Below, in pieces: positions 42,435 to 54,853 of a DNA stretch of 64,000 nt (positions are counted from its first letter, which is position 1; each line of letters begins with the position of its first letter). Under the pieces are notes generated by a model. It was not told where the DNA came from. It ran no database searches and was given only the letters and a program-made list of their open reading frames with translations. The translations under genes were made by a program, and so were the position numbers. The DNA is from Eledone cirrhosa (Eukaryota), in assembly GCA_964016885.1 (NCBI GenBank), contig OZ024750.1, positions 27,776,001 to 27,840,000 on the forward strand, written 5' to 3'.

Positions 42435-42710
42435 ACATGGCTAAGGGGTTAGAGAATTGGATCACAATCGTGAGCTTGTGATTTCGATTCCTGGACCGAG
42501 TGATGCGTTAGATCCTTCAGCAAGACACTTTATATCACGTTGCCCCTTCTGCCTGGATTTGCGACCGACAGATATTATTAGCAATTGGAACGACAAATGG
42601 AAACATTATTTCCTCGGTCGGATTTGACGAGTTCCACCCCACTCGTTAAGCAAATGAGGTCTGCTCCTATGACGCCAAACGAGAGTTTGGAAGAAACGAT
42701 TGCCAGCTAT
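42435..42710 (+). mobile_element. SINE S2 copy
   Basis: Homologous to 22548-22767. Confidence 0.8.
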
Positions 42711-42744
42711 TAAATGATTTGAACACAACTTTGATAACTGCATA

Positions 42745-42827
<83 letters not shown>

Positions 42828-43321
42828 GAGGTATCCACAGTAAGTTGTGGGGTCTATTCTGCATGAAGAACTCGATGTAATCCATATGTTGAAAATGTTG
42901 TAGGTGAAGATAAATCCCGGAAAACAATAAAACATTAAAAGGAAAACAGAGTCATGATATAAGTTAAAACAAGGTGATATGCATGTAAGTAAATATTCTC
43001 TTTATCTGATATTTTGTAACTAACCTTACATAGATCAATAACAGAGTATAGCTACAATGTATTATCATCATCCTAGAAACGATTGTAAAGCAGTGAAGTA
43101 AATCTCTAATGACTTGATATTTTATTTCATTGTTTTAACTTATATATATATATATGGAATAACAAATTATAGTTATAGGTAATTCAGTTAGAGGTTGTGA
43201 ATACTCCGTATTGTGGATAGTTTTAGCATACGGCGTTGTTTGACTCAACAAGAGGTTTCCTTACGTAGCGAGTTTGTGAGTTCTCGGGAATTCCTATGCA
43301 GGTTAATCTTGGAGTAATATA

Positions 43322-43415
43322 ATAGTGAAAGAGTGAAGAATAACATGGTCAACAGTACAAAAAAGGGTTTTATTTACAGTACTGTTGACCATGTTATTCT
43401 TCACTCTTTCACTAT
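43322..43415. repeat. 36-bp-arm inverted repeat (PLE-type terminal hairpin)
   Basis: ATAGTGAAAGAGTGAAGAATAACATGGTCAACAGTAC and its reverse complement. Confidence 0.85.
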
Positions 43416-43468
43416 ATATGTATATTCGATCCCACCTGTCGCCTCAATCTATCTTATTTCTCATTCTT

Positions 43469-43504
43469 TCTTCTGATGAAGGACTAGCGTCCGAAACATT
43501 AAGA
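43469..43504 (+). ncRNA. Minimal hammerhead motif, stem III imperfect
   Basis: UCUU-CUGAUGA-A-GGAC-UAGC-GUCC-GAAAC-AUU-AAGA. Confidence 0.7.
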
Positions 43505-43641
43505 CCCTCTTCCTGCTATATCAACCGTTAATCTAATATATCCCTTCCATATACTATACCGAGAGAGAGAGAGAGAGCGCGCGAGAGAGAGAGAGAGAGT
43601 ATGTATAGAAACACCAAAATCAATACTTTTTATATCACATT

Positions 43642-43805
43642 AGGGTCGGACGCCATGCTTTGCAGCATAGAGTTACGGCCCTTTACGGTCTGAGTTCAAA
43701 TCCCGCCGAAGTTGATTTTGCCTTTCATCCTTACGGGGTCGATGAAATAAAGCACCAGTAATACACTGGGATAATTGCTGCCCTTGTGTCAAAAGTAGAA
43801 ACAGT
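43642..43805 (+). mobile_element. SINE S1 copy
   Basis: B-box, core and tail. Confidence 0.88.
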
Positions 43806-44223
43806 TATCCTATCTGTAACATTTATCCTATCTGACAGACCAATAGGAATAATTTCTATTTTGTCTAATGGTCGCCAGGTTTCTCCCGACTTCGTTCACA
43901 ACCATTTTATATATTCTTATGTCATTTAAAACAACTTATATATCCAGCAGAAATGTTTATGGACGAATTGGATAGATGGGTCCTGTTCGGAAATAGAAAA
44001 TTACTATTGCAGTAGGCTTTGTTGGGACGATATATTTTCAGGACGCATATATCTCTGTTGACACAGTTTACCTGTCTGTCATGTAATAGCGATTTATATT
44101 TTTATGCAATAGAATTATTCTATCTCGGGAAATTGGACATAAATGTGGTACTGTGGATCATTGTGTTTTGCTAAACGACGTTTGTTAAACAACAAATTTC
44201 AATAACTATATATGAAAGCTGAA

Positions 44224-44425
44224 GTCTTCTTCTTCTTCTTCTTCTTCTTCTTCTTGAGGGGATCGTGGCGGCAGAGTATTCAAACACTCCTTCTACTGGG
44301 TCCTGTCAGACACGACCGTCTCCAACTGATCCTGCTGGATCAGCCAGGCTAATAGATTTTATCCAACCATCTTGCTCGGGGTCTACCCTGGGTCTCTTGC
44401 CGGTTGGTTTTACCCATAAAACCTC
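44224..44425 (-). mobile_element. RTE LINE 3' end with (GAA)n tail
   Basis: KPTGKRPR.RPRARWLD-like remnant; homologous to 46560-46800. Confidence 0.7.
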
Positions 44426-44859
44426 ATGGAAGTTTTAAACTTTAATACTAAAATGAATCGACTACATTTCTTAAGAAGTATATTGTGTATTGCTTTAGTG
44501 AAAATGTAGGTTAGGGTGTCTGTGTAAGTCTACATTGAATTTCAAATTTTTATTCTGGTATTACACGTTTTACGGATACCAAGTGCAAATGAAATATAGT
44601 AAGTTATCACAAAAATCAGCGATAACAACCGAATCGATTGAATTTCGTCTGTTATATATACCTAACTCGTCCTATTGACTGAGTGCTCTCACACTTGAAT
44701 ATTTCTACCAACTTATATTACAGTATATATATATATATATATATATATATGCATAGAAATTTCGTATTTCGAAAGAAATACGATTTTAGGAAGCCGCAGC
44801 TATGCGAACACCGAGGGCTAACGCCCTCTGGTGTTGTCCAGCAGAGCTAGGGGGACAAC

Positions 44860-44899
44860 CGTCTATGCATTTCAGGCTTGAAGGGCCATCGTCAGGACG
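44860..44899 (-). ncRNA. Minimal type I hammerhead ribozyme
   Basis: CGUC-CUGACGA-U-GGC-CCUUCAA-GCC-U-GAAAU-GC-AUA^GACG; palindromic stem III AUGCAU. Confidence 0.88.
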
Positions 44900-44946
44900 A
44901 TCCCTCCCACTGCTCTGCGTCTGCTGGACTTGAAAACAGCCGAGAA

Positions 44947-44995
44947 TATATAGTTTTCTAGTCTGTGTAAATGAGGTGATTAATCTCATTTGCAT
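44947..44995 (-). promoter_or_regulatory. Putative compact snRNA/U6-type promoter (octamer, PSE-like TCACCTCA, TATA)
   Basis: ATGCAAAT (44995-44988), TCACC, then TATATA (44952-44947). Confidence 0.5.
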
Positions 44996-45181
44996 ATGAA
45001 GCTGCATAAGTTGGCTCAACTTATAATAGAGTAGAAATAGGATTTCGCTTCAAGCATAGCTTTATACAATATGTATAGAAATTTCGTATTTCGAAAGAAA
45101 TACGATTTTAGGAAGTTGTAGCTATGCGAACACCGGAGCTAACGCCCTCTGGTGTTTTCCAGCAGAAGCAAGAGGGACAAC

Positions 45182-45221
45182 CGTCTATGCATTTCAGGCT
45201 TGACAGGCCATCGTCAGGACG
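45182..45221 (-). ncRNA. Minimal type I hammerhead ribozyme (second copy)
   Basis: Same core and stems as 44860-44899; differs only in loop II. Confidence 0.88.
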
Positions 45222-45440
45222 ATATATATACATATATATATATGTAGATAAATCTACCAAGAGTTTACGGTAGTGTCCAATCCGTATGAAGAACTCAATG
45301 TAATCCGGATATCATGGAAAGAAGAGATGCAATGAAAAATCACTTTCGGTGAAAGATAAACGGAATACAGAGTCAAGATAAAATATTAAAAAAATAATGA
45401 ATAAAACAATGAAACAGTTCCTTATATTAAACAAAAAAAG

Positions 45441-45594
45441 TTCATTATTTCTGAAGACGGCATATATATGTGTTGGTATGTATATTTAATTTTGATAGTT
45501 TGTATAATTTTGTATAATTTTGTACATAGATCTGTTGAATATGCATGCCAATTCTAACACATATATATCCTAGAAACGATCGTTAAATAATGAA
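45441..45594 (+). ncRNA. Hammerhead with an extended stem II insertion (family J, element 45245-45656)
   Basis: UUCAUUAUUU-CUGAAGA-cGGGcAUAUAUAUGUGUUGG...CUAACACAUAUAUAUCCUa-GAAAC-GAUC-GUU^AAAUAAUGAA; the 3' half recurs at ~53050 (-) with a GUA triplet. Confidence 0.7.
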
Positions 45595-45839
45595 CTTTTT
45601 TTGTTTAATATAAGGAACTGTTTCATTGTTTTATTCATTATTTTTTTAATATTTTACATATATATATATAAATTTTCCGAGCCTTATAACACAGCAAAGT
45701 GTTCAAACTACGTGGGACAGAAACTGCCAGGGTGAAGAAAATACTGACTGAAATAGTGTGGTTTACAGAACTCAATTAAAAGGATAAATTGAGATCTACA
45801 AGCCTACCATGACAACTATCACGTATCCAGACAGCTTAC

Positions 45840-45933
45840 ATGTAGAACTGTTTCGCAATTCAGTGAAGAGATTTACGGGTCCGATACTTTTCAATGGATA
45901 CTCATAACTAGTAAACACCTCACTATTAAATGT
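45840..45933 (-). CDS. Weak candidate exon (TFNSEVFTSYEYPLKSIGPVNLFTELRNSST)
   Basis: Strong donor gtaagc, pyrimidine-rich acceptor region, open frame; phase fits 38714-38793. Confidence 0.3.
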
Positions 45934-46186
45934 CTTAGAAGACCAAATAACGCATGTGTGTTAAGAGATAAAGCACATGGTTATGAGGTGTCGGGCAGAT
46001 CGAATAGAACGTAAGGCCACTAGAAAATATAGCAACCAGAACCATCTGATATATTAAAAGGTCTATAAAAGCAAAGGAGCACAATTTATCAAAAGAATAT
46101 ATTGAGTTAAAAACTTACAATAGTCCCTTATAATCAAATTAGCTCAAGGAAAAAAAATGTTCTCTCTTTACTGTGTGTTTATATAT

Positions 46187-46555
46187 CTACTTTTGGCACA
46201 AGGCCAGCAATTACCCAGTACAGTACTGGTACTTTATTTTATCGACCCCGTAAGGATGAAAGGCAAAGTTAACCTCGGCTGGATTTGAACTCAGAAATTA
46301 AAGGGACGTAACTATGCTGGAAAGCATGGCGTCCGACCCTCTACCGATACTGCCAATATGATGGCAATGATGATGATGACGCTGATCATAAAAATCATGA
46401 TTAACAACAACAACAGCGACAACAACAACAACAACAACAGCAATGATAATAATAATTGTTTCTACTTTTGGCACAAGGCCAGCAATTACCCCAGTACATT
46501 ACTGGTACTTTATTTTATCGAGCCCCGTAAGGATGAAAAGGCAAAGTTAACCTCG
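46187..46555 (-). mobile_element. Two SINE S1 copies (one truncated)
   Basis: Core and tail motifs. Confidence 0.88.
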
Positions 46556-46559
46556 TAAA

Positions 46560-47074
46560 CATGTGTGGTTAGAAGGTCTCAGGAAAGGATCGCTGGACAG
46601 ATTTTACAGGCAAAACCAACAGGTAGGAGACCCTGGGGTAGACCTCGAGCAAGCTGGTTGGATAACATCCATGAGCTTGGCTGGTCACGTGTGTGGATCT
46701 AGCCGGATCAGTTGGAAACGGTTGGTTCTGACAGGACTCACTCGATGGAGTGTTTGAGGACTCTGCCTTGTAACGACCCTCTCAGGAAGAAGTGGGTGAA
46801 GAAGAAGAAGAAGAAGAAGAAGAAGAAGAAGAAGAAGAAGAAGAAGAAGAAGAAGAAGAAGAAGAAGAAGAAGAAGAAGAAGAAGAAGAAGAAGAAAAAA
46901 AAGAAGAAGAAGAAGAAGAAGAAGAAAAAAAAGAAGAAGAAGAAGAAGAAGAAGAAGAAGAAGAAGAAGAAGAAGAAAAAAAAGAAGAAGAAGAAGAAGA
47001 AGAAGAAGAAGAAGAAGAAGAAGAAGAAAAAGAAGAAGAAGAAGAAGAAGAAGAAGAAGAAGAAGAAGAAGAAG

Positions 47075-47105
<31 letters not shown>

Positions 47106-47177
47106 GGGTGAAGAAGAAGAAGAAGAAGAAGAAGAAGAAGAAGAAGAAGAAGAAGAAGAAGAAGAAGAAGAAGAAGA
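46560..47177 (+). mobile_element. RTE LINE 3' end followed by an expanded (GAA)n tail
   Basis: Translates as QERIAGQILQAKPTGRRPWGRPRASWLDNI..; (GAA)n at 46798-47177. Confidence 0.8.
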
Positions 47178-47252
47178 CATTTCGTATATGCTTTCATATC
47201 CACATATTATGAAACACGCTATGTTAGTGCCGCAGATCATTATATGTGTATA

Positions 47253-47570
47253 GGGCGGTGGATTGGCAGTATCGGTAGAGGGTCGGACGCCATGCTTTCC
47301 AGCATAGTTACGTCCCTTTACGATCTGAGTTCAAATCCCGCCGAGGTTGACTTTGCCTTTCATCCTTAAGGGTCGATAAAATAAAGTACCAGTAATGTAC
47401 TGGATAATTGCTGGCCTTGTGCCTAAAGTAGAAACAATTATATGTGTATACTGAGTTCAAATCCCGCCGAGGTCAACTTTGCCTTTCATCCTTACGGGAT
47501 CGATAAAATAAAGTACCAGTAATGTACTGGGTAATTTGCTGGCCTTGTGCCAAGAGTAGAAACAATTATA
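47253..47570 (+). mobile_element. SINE S1 full copy plus a truncated copy
   Basis: Head, B-box, core and tail. Confidence 0.9.
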
Positions 47571-47599
47571 TGTGTATACATATATTTACTTAGAGTTAA

Positions 47600-48704
47600 C
47601 CCGTGTTGTGTCTATGTGTGTACGAGTTAATAGGTTTGTGTGTGTAATTGTGTATGCAAACATGCGTGCATGTGTGTGCGTACACATTGTGGTTGTATGT
47701 GTTTGTGTGAACGTGAGTGCATATTCGATTATGTATACGTGTATGTGTGAGTGAAAGTGCGTTTATGTGTATGTGTAGGTGAAAGTACGTTTGTGTATAT
47801 GTGTAGGTGAAAGTACGTTTGTATGTATGTGTAGGTGAAAGTGCGTTTGTGTGTATGAGAATGTGTGTGCTAGTCACAGAATGAGAGAGTGTGAGTGTGT
47901 GTGTGTGGTCGTGTACTTAAATGTTTCTCTGTGTGTGTGTGTAATGTGAATGTATGTTTGTATGTATATGCGTCTATGCATGTATGTGTATATGCATGTG
48001 TATGTGTCTGTATATGTGTGTGTGTTTTTGTTTGCGCATGTCTCTGTATGTGTATGTGTATATATGTGTGTGTGTGTTTGTGTGTGCATGTTTCCGTATG
48101 TGTATCTGTGTGTGTGTGTGTGCATGTTTCCATATGTGTATGTGTATCTGTGTGAGTGTGTGTGCATGTTTCCATATGTGTATGTGTATCTGTGTGTGTA
48201 GTGTGTGCATGTTTCCATATGTGTATGTGTATCTGTGTGTGTGTGTGTGTGCATGTTTCCATATGTGTATGTGTATCTGTGTGAGTGTGCATGTGTATCT
48301 GTGTGTGTGTGTGCATGTTTCCGTATGTGTATCTGTGTGTGTAGTGTGTGCATGTCTCCATATGTGTATGTGTATCTGTGTGTGTGTGCATGTCTCCGTA
48401 TGTGTATGTGTATATGTGTGTGTGTGTGCATGTCTCCGTATGTGTATGTGTATCTGTGTGTGTGTGTGCATGTTTCCGTATGTGTATCTGTGTGTGTAGT
48501 GTGTGCATGTCTCCATATGTGTATGTGTATCTGTGTGTATAGAGTATCTCTGTGTGTGTATGTGTATAGAGTATCTCTGTGTGTGTATGTGTATCTGTGT
48601 GTATAGCGTATCTGTGTGTGTATGTGTGTGTGTGTGTGAGTGTGTGTCTGTGTGTGTATGTGTATCTGTGTGTGTATAATGTATCTGTGTGTGTGTATAG
48701 CGTA

Positions 48705-48735
<31 letters not shown>

Positions 48736-48783
48736 CTGTGTGTATGTGTGTGTGTGTATGTGTGTGTGTGTGTGTATAGCGTA

Positions 48784-48831
<48 letters not shown>

Positions 48832-50100
48832 TGTATAGCGTATCTGTGTGTGTATGTGTGTGTGTGTGTATTTTCATAACCAAAATATTGCCACGTTGGC
48901 AGCACACTTCTTAGTACAACTGTTAGATTTCAGCAATGGTGGTGGTAGTGGTGGGGGTAGTGGTGGGAGGGGTGTGTAGTGTGGGTAGTGGGAGGGGAGT
49001 GTAGTGTGTGTGTGTGTGGGGTGGGGGTGGGGTGGAGGTAATAGTGATGATTGAGTCGTGAAGGTAGTGGTGGTGGTGATTGGGTGAGTGGAGTAGTGGT
49101 GATGGTAGTGATGATGGTGGTGGTGGTGGTCGTGGTGGTGAGAGTAGTGGGGGAGGTAGTGATGAGGGTACTAATGGTGGTGGTAGTGGTGGTGGTGGTG
49201 GTGGTGGTGAGGGTAGTGGGGGAGGTAGTGGTGAGGCTACTGATGGTGGTGGTAGTGGTGGTGGCGGTGAGGGTAGTGGGGGGAGGTAGTGATGAGGGTA
49301 CTAATGGTGGTGGTAGTGGTGGTGGTGGTGGTGGTGAGGGTAGTGGGGGAGGTAGTGGTGAGGGTAGTGATGGTGGTGGTGGTGGTGAGTTTTAGTGTGG
49401 TGAGGTGGTGATGCTGGTGGTGATAATAGTATAGTGGTGATGATGGTGATGATGTTGTTTGTGGTGGTGATGGTGATGATGGTGGTGATGGTGGTAATAG
49501 TGGTGATAGTAGTGGTGAAGGTGATGACGTTGGTGGTGGTGATGGTGATAGCGGTGATGGTGATGATGGTAGTGACGGTAGTGGTGATGGTGAGGGAGAT
49601 GATGGTGGTGGTGATGTTAGTGGTGATGGTGGTGATGGTGATGGTGGTGAAGGTGAAGGTGGTGGTGGTGGTGATGGTGATGATGGTAGTGACGGTAGTG
49701 GTGATGGTGAGGGAGATGATGGTGGTGGTGATGTTAGTGGTGATGGTGGTGATGGTGATGGTGGTGATGGTGGTGGTGGTGGTGATGGTGATGATGGTAG
49801 TGACGGTAGTGGTGATGGTGAGGGAGATGATGGTGGTGGTGATGTTAGTGGTGATGGTGGTGATGGTGATGGTGGTGATGGTGGTGGTGGTGGTGATGGT
49901 GATGATGGTAGTGACGGTAGTGGTGATGGTGAGGGAGATGATGGTGGTGGTGATGTTAGTGGTGATGGTGGTGATGGTGATGGTGGTGAAGGTGGTGGTG
50001 GTGGTGATGGTGATGATGTTGGTGGTGATGGTGGTGGTGATGGTGATAATAGTGGTGGTGATGGTGATGATAGTGGTGATGGTGATAATTGTAGTGATGT
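47600..50100. repeat. TG-rich and GGT/GAT-rich compound simple repeats
   Basis: Direct reading; ~120-bp higher-order units at 49560-49990. Confidence 0.88.
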
Positions 50101-50353
50101 GTCTCTCCAAGATGATGTAGCACAGGAGAGACAAAAAATACGAAATGAGCCACCGAGGAGGTCACAAAATGTGTGACGGGAGAGCTTTGACAATATATAA
50201 AAAACCATCCGGTTATTGAACCAACCAAAATTTATAATAATTTGAAGTGAAAACGGGTGCGTCTATTTTTATTGGCAGCATGACCCTTTCAAATTCTACC
50301 TATATATATATATATATTGGTATGCTTTATATAATATATATATATTATATAAA

Positions 50354-50419
<66 letters not shown>

Positions 50420-50567
50420 AAGCCGATATATATATATATATATTATATAAAGCATATATATATATATATATTATATAAAGCATATATATATATATATATT
50501 ATATAAAGCATATATATATATATTATATAAAGCATATATATATATATATATATATATTATATAAAAC

Positions 50568-50607
<40 letters not shown>

Positions 50608-50689
50608 AAGCATATAATATAAACAATTCACTATCCAGATGGCTTCCAAAAATAATGGTTGCATTTTAAAAGGGTACGTCAAAGCTTAT

Positions 50690-50905
50690 TTGTAAAACTG
50701 TTATATATTGTATTTTGTCTGATGAAGGCATACCATGATTTAATTTGGTATCCCTGAAATATGTATAATGAAATAAATATGGTTTTATAAATATAGTTTC
50801 CATTTATTAATATCGTATATCTACTCCAAATACTTGTCGAGTGCTTTTATATTAGTTATAAATATTTACTTGTTGTATCCCAACAATTTTAAATAGAACT
50901 TTTGC

Positions 50906-50908
<3 letters not shown>
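50690..50908 (+). mobile_element. Family G PLE-like end with an HHR-like core at 50719-50765
   Basis: CUGAUGA-A-GGcAUACCA..UGGUAUcCC-U-GAAAU-AU-GUA; homologous to 51768-51985. Confidence 0.7.
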
Positions 50909-50964
<56 letters not shown>

Positions 50965-51159
50965 GTATAAAAAAACGAAAAATCAGTGATGCATCTGGAC
51001 TCAGTTTATTGCGTGATACAATTGTTTCGCCGGCAGGTAGCTCGAGACATGAGCACTATTGAGTGCTAATTTTGGCATACCACATATGGAAGCACCATAG
51101 CTACCATTTTACACACGTATATATATATATATATATACACGCACAGACGCACACGCACA

Positions 51160-51606
51160 CCTAACCACACACACCACCTTCAGCCCTCCCCGCTCGGACA
51201 CCCCGTCTCCCTCTCCCCACTCCACCCGCCACCACCCCTACTCACCCCACACCCTTCCACCACCTGTTTACCCCCCTTTTAATTTCAGTTTATTTTGATC
51301 ATGCCTTTATTTTTAAATTTTCTCATTCCTTGTATTTTGATCATGCTTTATTTTTATTTATTATATTTTTTGTTTTTATTTGTTAATTTTTCATTCGCAC
51401 CGTTTTCTTTCGCTATATGTCTCTCCACCACTCCCCTACACACCTTTTGAACTCTGTTCCCACACACTTCTCACCTGAAGAAGGGCTTATGCCCGAAACG
51501 TCGTCCCCCACCTAACCCCCCCCCCCCCCCCACACTCTCCTGAGCGTGAATTTAATAAACATTTATTGTACTGCCTCTCTGTTCTGTCCCTGTTCAAATT
51601 TTTCAT

Positions 51607-51607
<1 letters not shown>
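51160..51607 (+). mobile_element. Family H PLE-like 3' end with an HHR core at 51475-51505
   Basis: CUGAAGA-A-GGGC-UUAU-GCCC-GAAAC-GUC followed by AATAAA; close reverse copy at 60615-61035 and a relative at 53120-53258. Confidence 0.75.
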
Positions 51608-51636
<29 letters not shown>

Positions 51637-51638
<2 letters not shown>

Positions 51639-51985
51639 CGATATTAAATAAATGGAAACTATATTTATAAAACCATATTTATTTCACTATATATATTTCA
51701 GGGATATCATATTAAAAATATGGTATGCCTTCATCAGACAAAATACAATATAAACAGTCTTATAAATATTTATAAGACTGTTTATATTGTATTTTGTCTG
51801 ATGAAGGCATACCATATTTTTAATATGATATCCCTGAAATATATACAGTGAAATAAATATGGTTTTATAAATATAGTTTCCATTTATTTAATATCGTAAA
51901 TATACTCCAAATACTTGTTGAGTGCTTTTATATCAGTTATAAATATTTACTCGTTGTAACCCAACAATTTAAATAAAACTTTGCA
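51637..51985. mobile_element. Family G loop-less palindrome (centre 51767/51768, ~130-bp arms) with a right-hand tail and an HHR-like core in both arms
   Basis: Direct reading; CTGATGA at 51798 (+) and 51737 (-). Confidence 0.85.
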
Positions 51986-52330
51986 TATATATACATATAT
52001 AAATTTACTGAGAATCGCATTTCGGCGAGTAGAAATTAGCGAAACGCTATATATATATATATATATTAAAGTTGAGACAGTAAACAAAAAACAAAAAAAC
52101 AACGTCGAAGCGAAGAAGCAGTACAAATGTTAATATTAGTTTCACGCTTCAGAGTGGGGGATATAACGACGGAAGTGTGGTAAGGAACCAGGTGGACCAT
52201 AACGCACCAGAGTACTACTCAATAGTTAGGGTAGTAGAGTGGGTAATAAGAAAAGAGTCAGGACCCCGACGGTTGAGCTCTAGCTGTCGAAACGGCCGGA
52301 GCTCAGTCGTCGGGGTCCTGACACTTTTCC

Positions 52331-52377
<47 letters not shown>

Positions 52378-52379
<2 letters not shown>

Positions 52380-52946
52380 TTTCTGAATTTGTTTAGCAAG
52401 ATTCTTTATCTGAAATCGTGTGTTGAAACCGATATTGTTATACTTTGGGAGGGTCATGTTGCCAATAAGAAACACACGCACCAGTTGCTTTCACTTCAAT
52501 TTAATTTAATATATATTTATAAATTTACAAATTTATAAATTTCTGGTTGGTTGGTTGGTTCCACAACCAGATAGTTGTTTATATATATATAGTCATAGTT
52601 CTTTCGTCACACACTCTGTGACCTCTTCAGTGACTGGGGATTTCTTTCTTCGTTTCTGTGCCTTTCCTTTCTTCTATCCTACGCCATTTTTCAGAAAAAT
52701 GGCGTAGGATAGAAGAAAGGAAAGGCACAGAAACGAAGAAAGAAATCCCCAGTCACTGAAGAGGTCACAGAGTGTGTGACGAAAGAACTATGACTATATA
52801 TATATAAACAACTATCTGGTTGTGGAACCAACCAACCAACCAGAAATTTATAAATTTGTAAATTTATAAATATATATTAAATTAAATTGAAGTGAAAGCA
52901 ACTGGTGCGTGTGTTTCTTATTGGCAACATGACCCTCCCAAAGTAT

Positions 52947-52952
<6 letters not shown>
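52378..52952. mobile_element. Family E palindrome (centre 52693, ~260-bp arms) with HHRs at 52591-52635 (-) and 52751-52795 (+)
   Basis: AGUCA-CUGAAGA-G-GUCACA-GAGUG-UGUGAC-GAAAG-AA-CUA^UGACU; a ~55-nt tail on the left arm only. Confidence 0.9.
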
Positions 52953-52986
<34 letters not shown>

Positions 52987-53082
52987 TATTAAAAAAAATG
53001 AATAAACAAAGAAACAGTTCCTTATATTAAACAAAAAAAGTTCATTATTTTACGATCGTTTCTAGGACATATATGATTTATC

Positions 53083-53125
<43 letters not shown>

Positions 53126-53255
53126 CAAATTTATACGGGAACAAAACAGAGAGGCAGACAAATAAAGATTTATTAGGTTCACGCTTTTGAAAGTGGGAGG
53201 TGGGGAATGACGTTTCGGGCTAAAGGCCTTCTTCAGGAGTAAATAGGTTAGGAAG

Positions 53256-53286
<31 letters not shown>

Positions 53287-53329
53287 ACAAAAAAGAGAAT
53301 CAGTGTTGCGACGAATGGAATTTATTGGA

Positions 53330-53420
53330 CATATTACAATCGTTTCTCAGGCGACCAGCTCGAGGCACGATCCATGTGATGATCGAACCTGACTCTGAAA
53401 TCGCAAGGTCTTCAGATACG
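53330..53420 (-). ncRNA. Hammerhead with a long stem II insertion
   Basis: CGUAU-CUGAAGA-..GCGA..~50 nt..UCGC..-GAAAC-GAUU-GUA^AUAUG, then AATAAA; a related half motif lies at ~51017-51030 (-). Confidence 0.6.
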
Positions 53421-53667
53421 AGTGACCAAAAAGGCCTACCGCATACGGACGCTTTAAGCATCCAACACCAATTATATATGTATATATATATCGTTTTGTT
53501 TTAACTTATATATATATATACAAGTTAAAACAAAACAAAAACAAAGCGAAGAGTGCAGTACAAAGTGTTAGTATTAGTTTCACGCTTGAGAGTGGGGCGT
53601 GGGGGATCCTGAATGTATGGTTGTAATAGCTAAAGAAAGAGCCCTCAATATATATATATATAGAGAG

Positions 53668-54005
53668 ATAAGTTATTCCGGGTTGAATCGGAGGTAAACA
53701 ACAGTAAGTAAGGTACTCAATACATAGCAGAGTATAAAAGTTTTAATATAGATGAGATTCTACAAGACTAGAACTGTTTCATTCTTGAGAAATCATCAGG
53801 AATCTGGCTGTCCAAGTAAATATGGTGGTATTTATATCATTTCTGGTGGTAGGAGAGGGTGGGGAGTGGGATGGGTGGAGGTCATTGGAAGAAAGAAAAG
53901 GGAATGATATAAAACCACCACATTTACTTGGACAGCCAGATTCCTGATGATTTCTCAAGAATGAAACAGTTCTAGTCCTGTAGAATCTCATCTATATTAA
54001 AACTA
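53668..54005. mobile_element. Family F inverted element with HHRs at 53755-53805 (-) and 53938-53988 (+)
   Basis: AGAUUC-CUGAUGA-UUUCUCAAGAAU-GAAACAG-UUCUAGUC-CUGUA^GAAUCU; stem I covaries with the 36.5-kb copy. Confidence 0.82.
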
Positions 54006-54096
54006 TATATAACCCAGAAAAGAGAGAGAGAGAGAGAAATAAAAAAAAGGAAAAAAGATATATTTGTCTCCCTAATAATCGTCTCTTTCTCCCTGT

Positions 54097-54127
<31 letters not shown>

Positions 54128-54797
54128 ACGAAGGAAATGTGGTAAGGAACCAGATGGACCATAACGCACCAAAGTACTCAATACTTAGGGTAGTAGAGTG
54201 GGTACATCAAAAAGTGGGACAAGTACAATGGGGGGAGTTTACAAAACAAGGCGTCCTCAATAAGGAGGAGGCAATAACAAAATATAAAAATGAAATAAAA
54301 TATAACAAGATAAAATTTATAACAAAATCCTTAATAGAGAGCGCCTTATATATATAGATAGATATATAGATATGATGGTGCTCCAGCATGGTCTGACGGA
54401 GTAATATATATATATACATATATATGTGTGTGTGTGTGTGTGTATGAGTGAGTGTGTGTATGAGTGAGTGTACGTGTAGTGGGGACCACCGCAACCACTA
54501 CACCTATTCTGGAACACCAGACTCCTCCTACATTCACAACACACACAGTCGTACAGGTCTGTCAACCATCATCTAATACTATCTCGCTCAGCTTCTTATG
54601 CAAAACCACCCGACTACCCGACTACCCTCCTTCTAGTAACCATCCTGCCCGTAAAGCAAGCACTCTGCTCTAGTCGTTGACACCCCTTTCCTACCCGACA
54701 CCATTGGAGGGGTACTTACCACTTAAAATTGCTCATTGCTCTCTTTTGTGTGTTGAATAATTTTCTTTCTTCTCCCTAGCTTAATATTACGATAGCT

Positions 54798-54853
<56 letters not shown>

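Larger units (their letters stand above)
44751..45223 (-). mobile_element. Family D retrozyme-like element: ~1.45 copies of a 322-nt monomer with two HHRs
   Basis: Direct repeat 44754-44900 vs 45076-45222; no ORF; stacked hairpins; flanked by (TA)n. Confidence 0.85.

Noticed and set aside
46685-47253. Poly-K, poly-E, poly-L and poly-S ORFs
   Set aside because: Expanded (GAA)n tail of an RTE fragment
47253-47345. tRNA genes at SINE heads
   Set aside because: A and B boxes are present but there is no cloverleaf, and each is fused to the SINE core and tail
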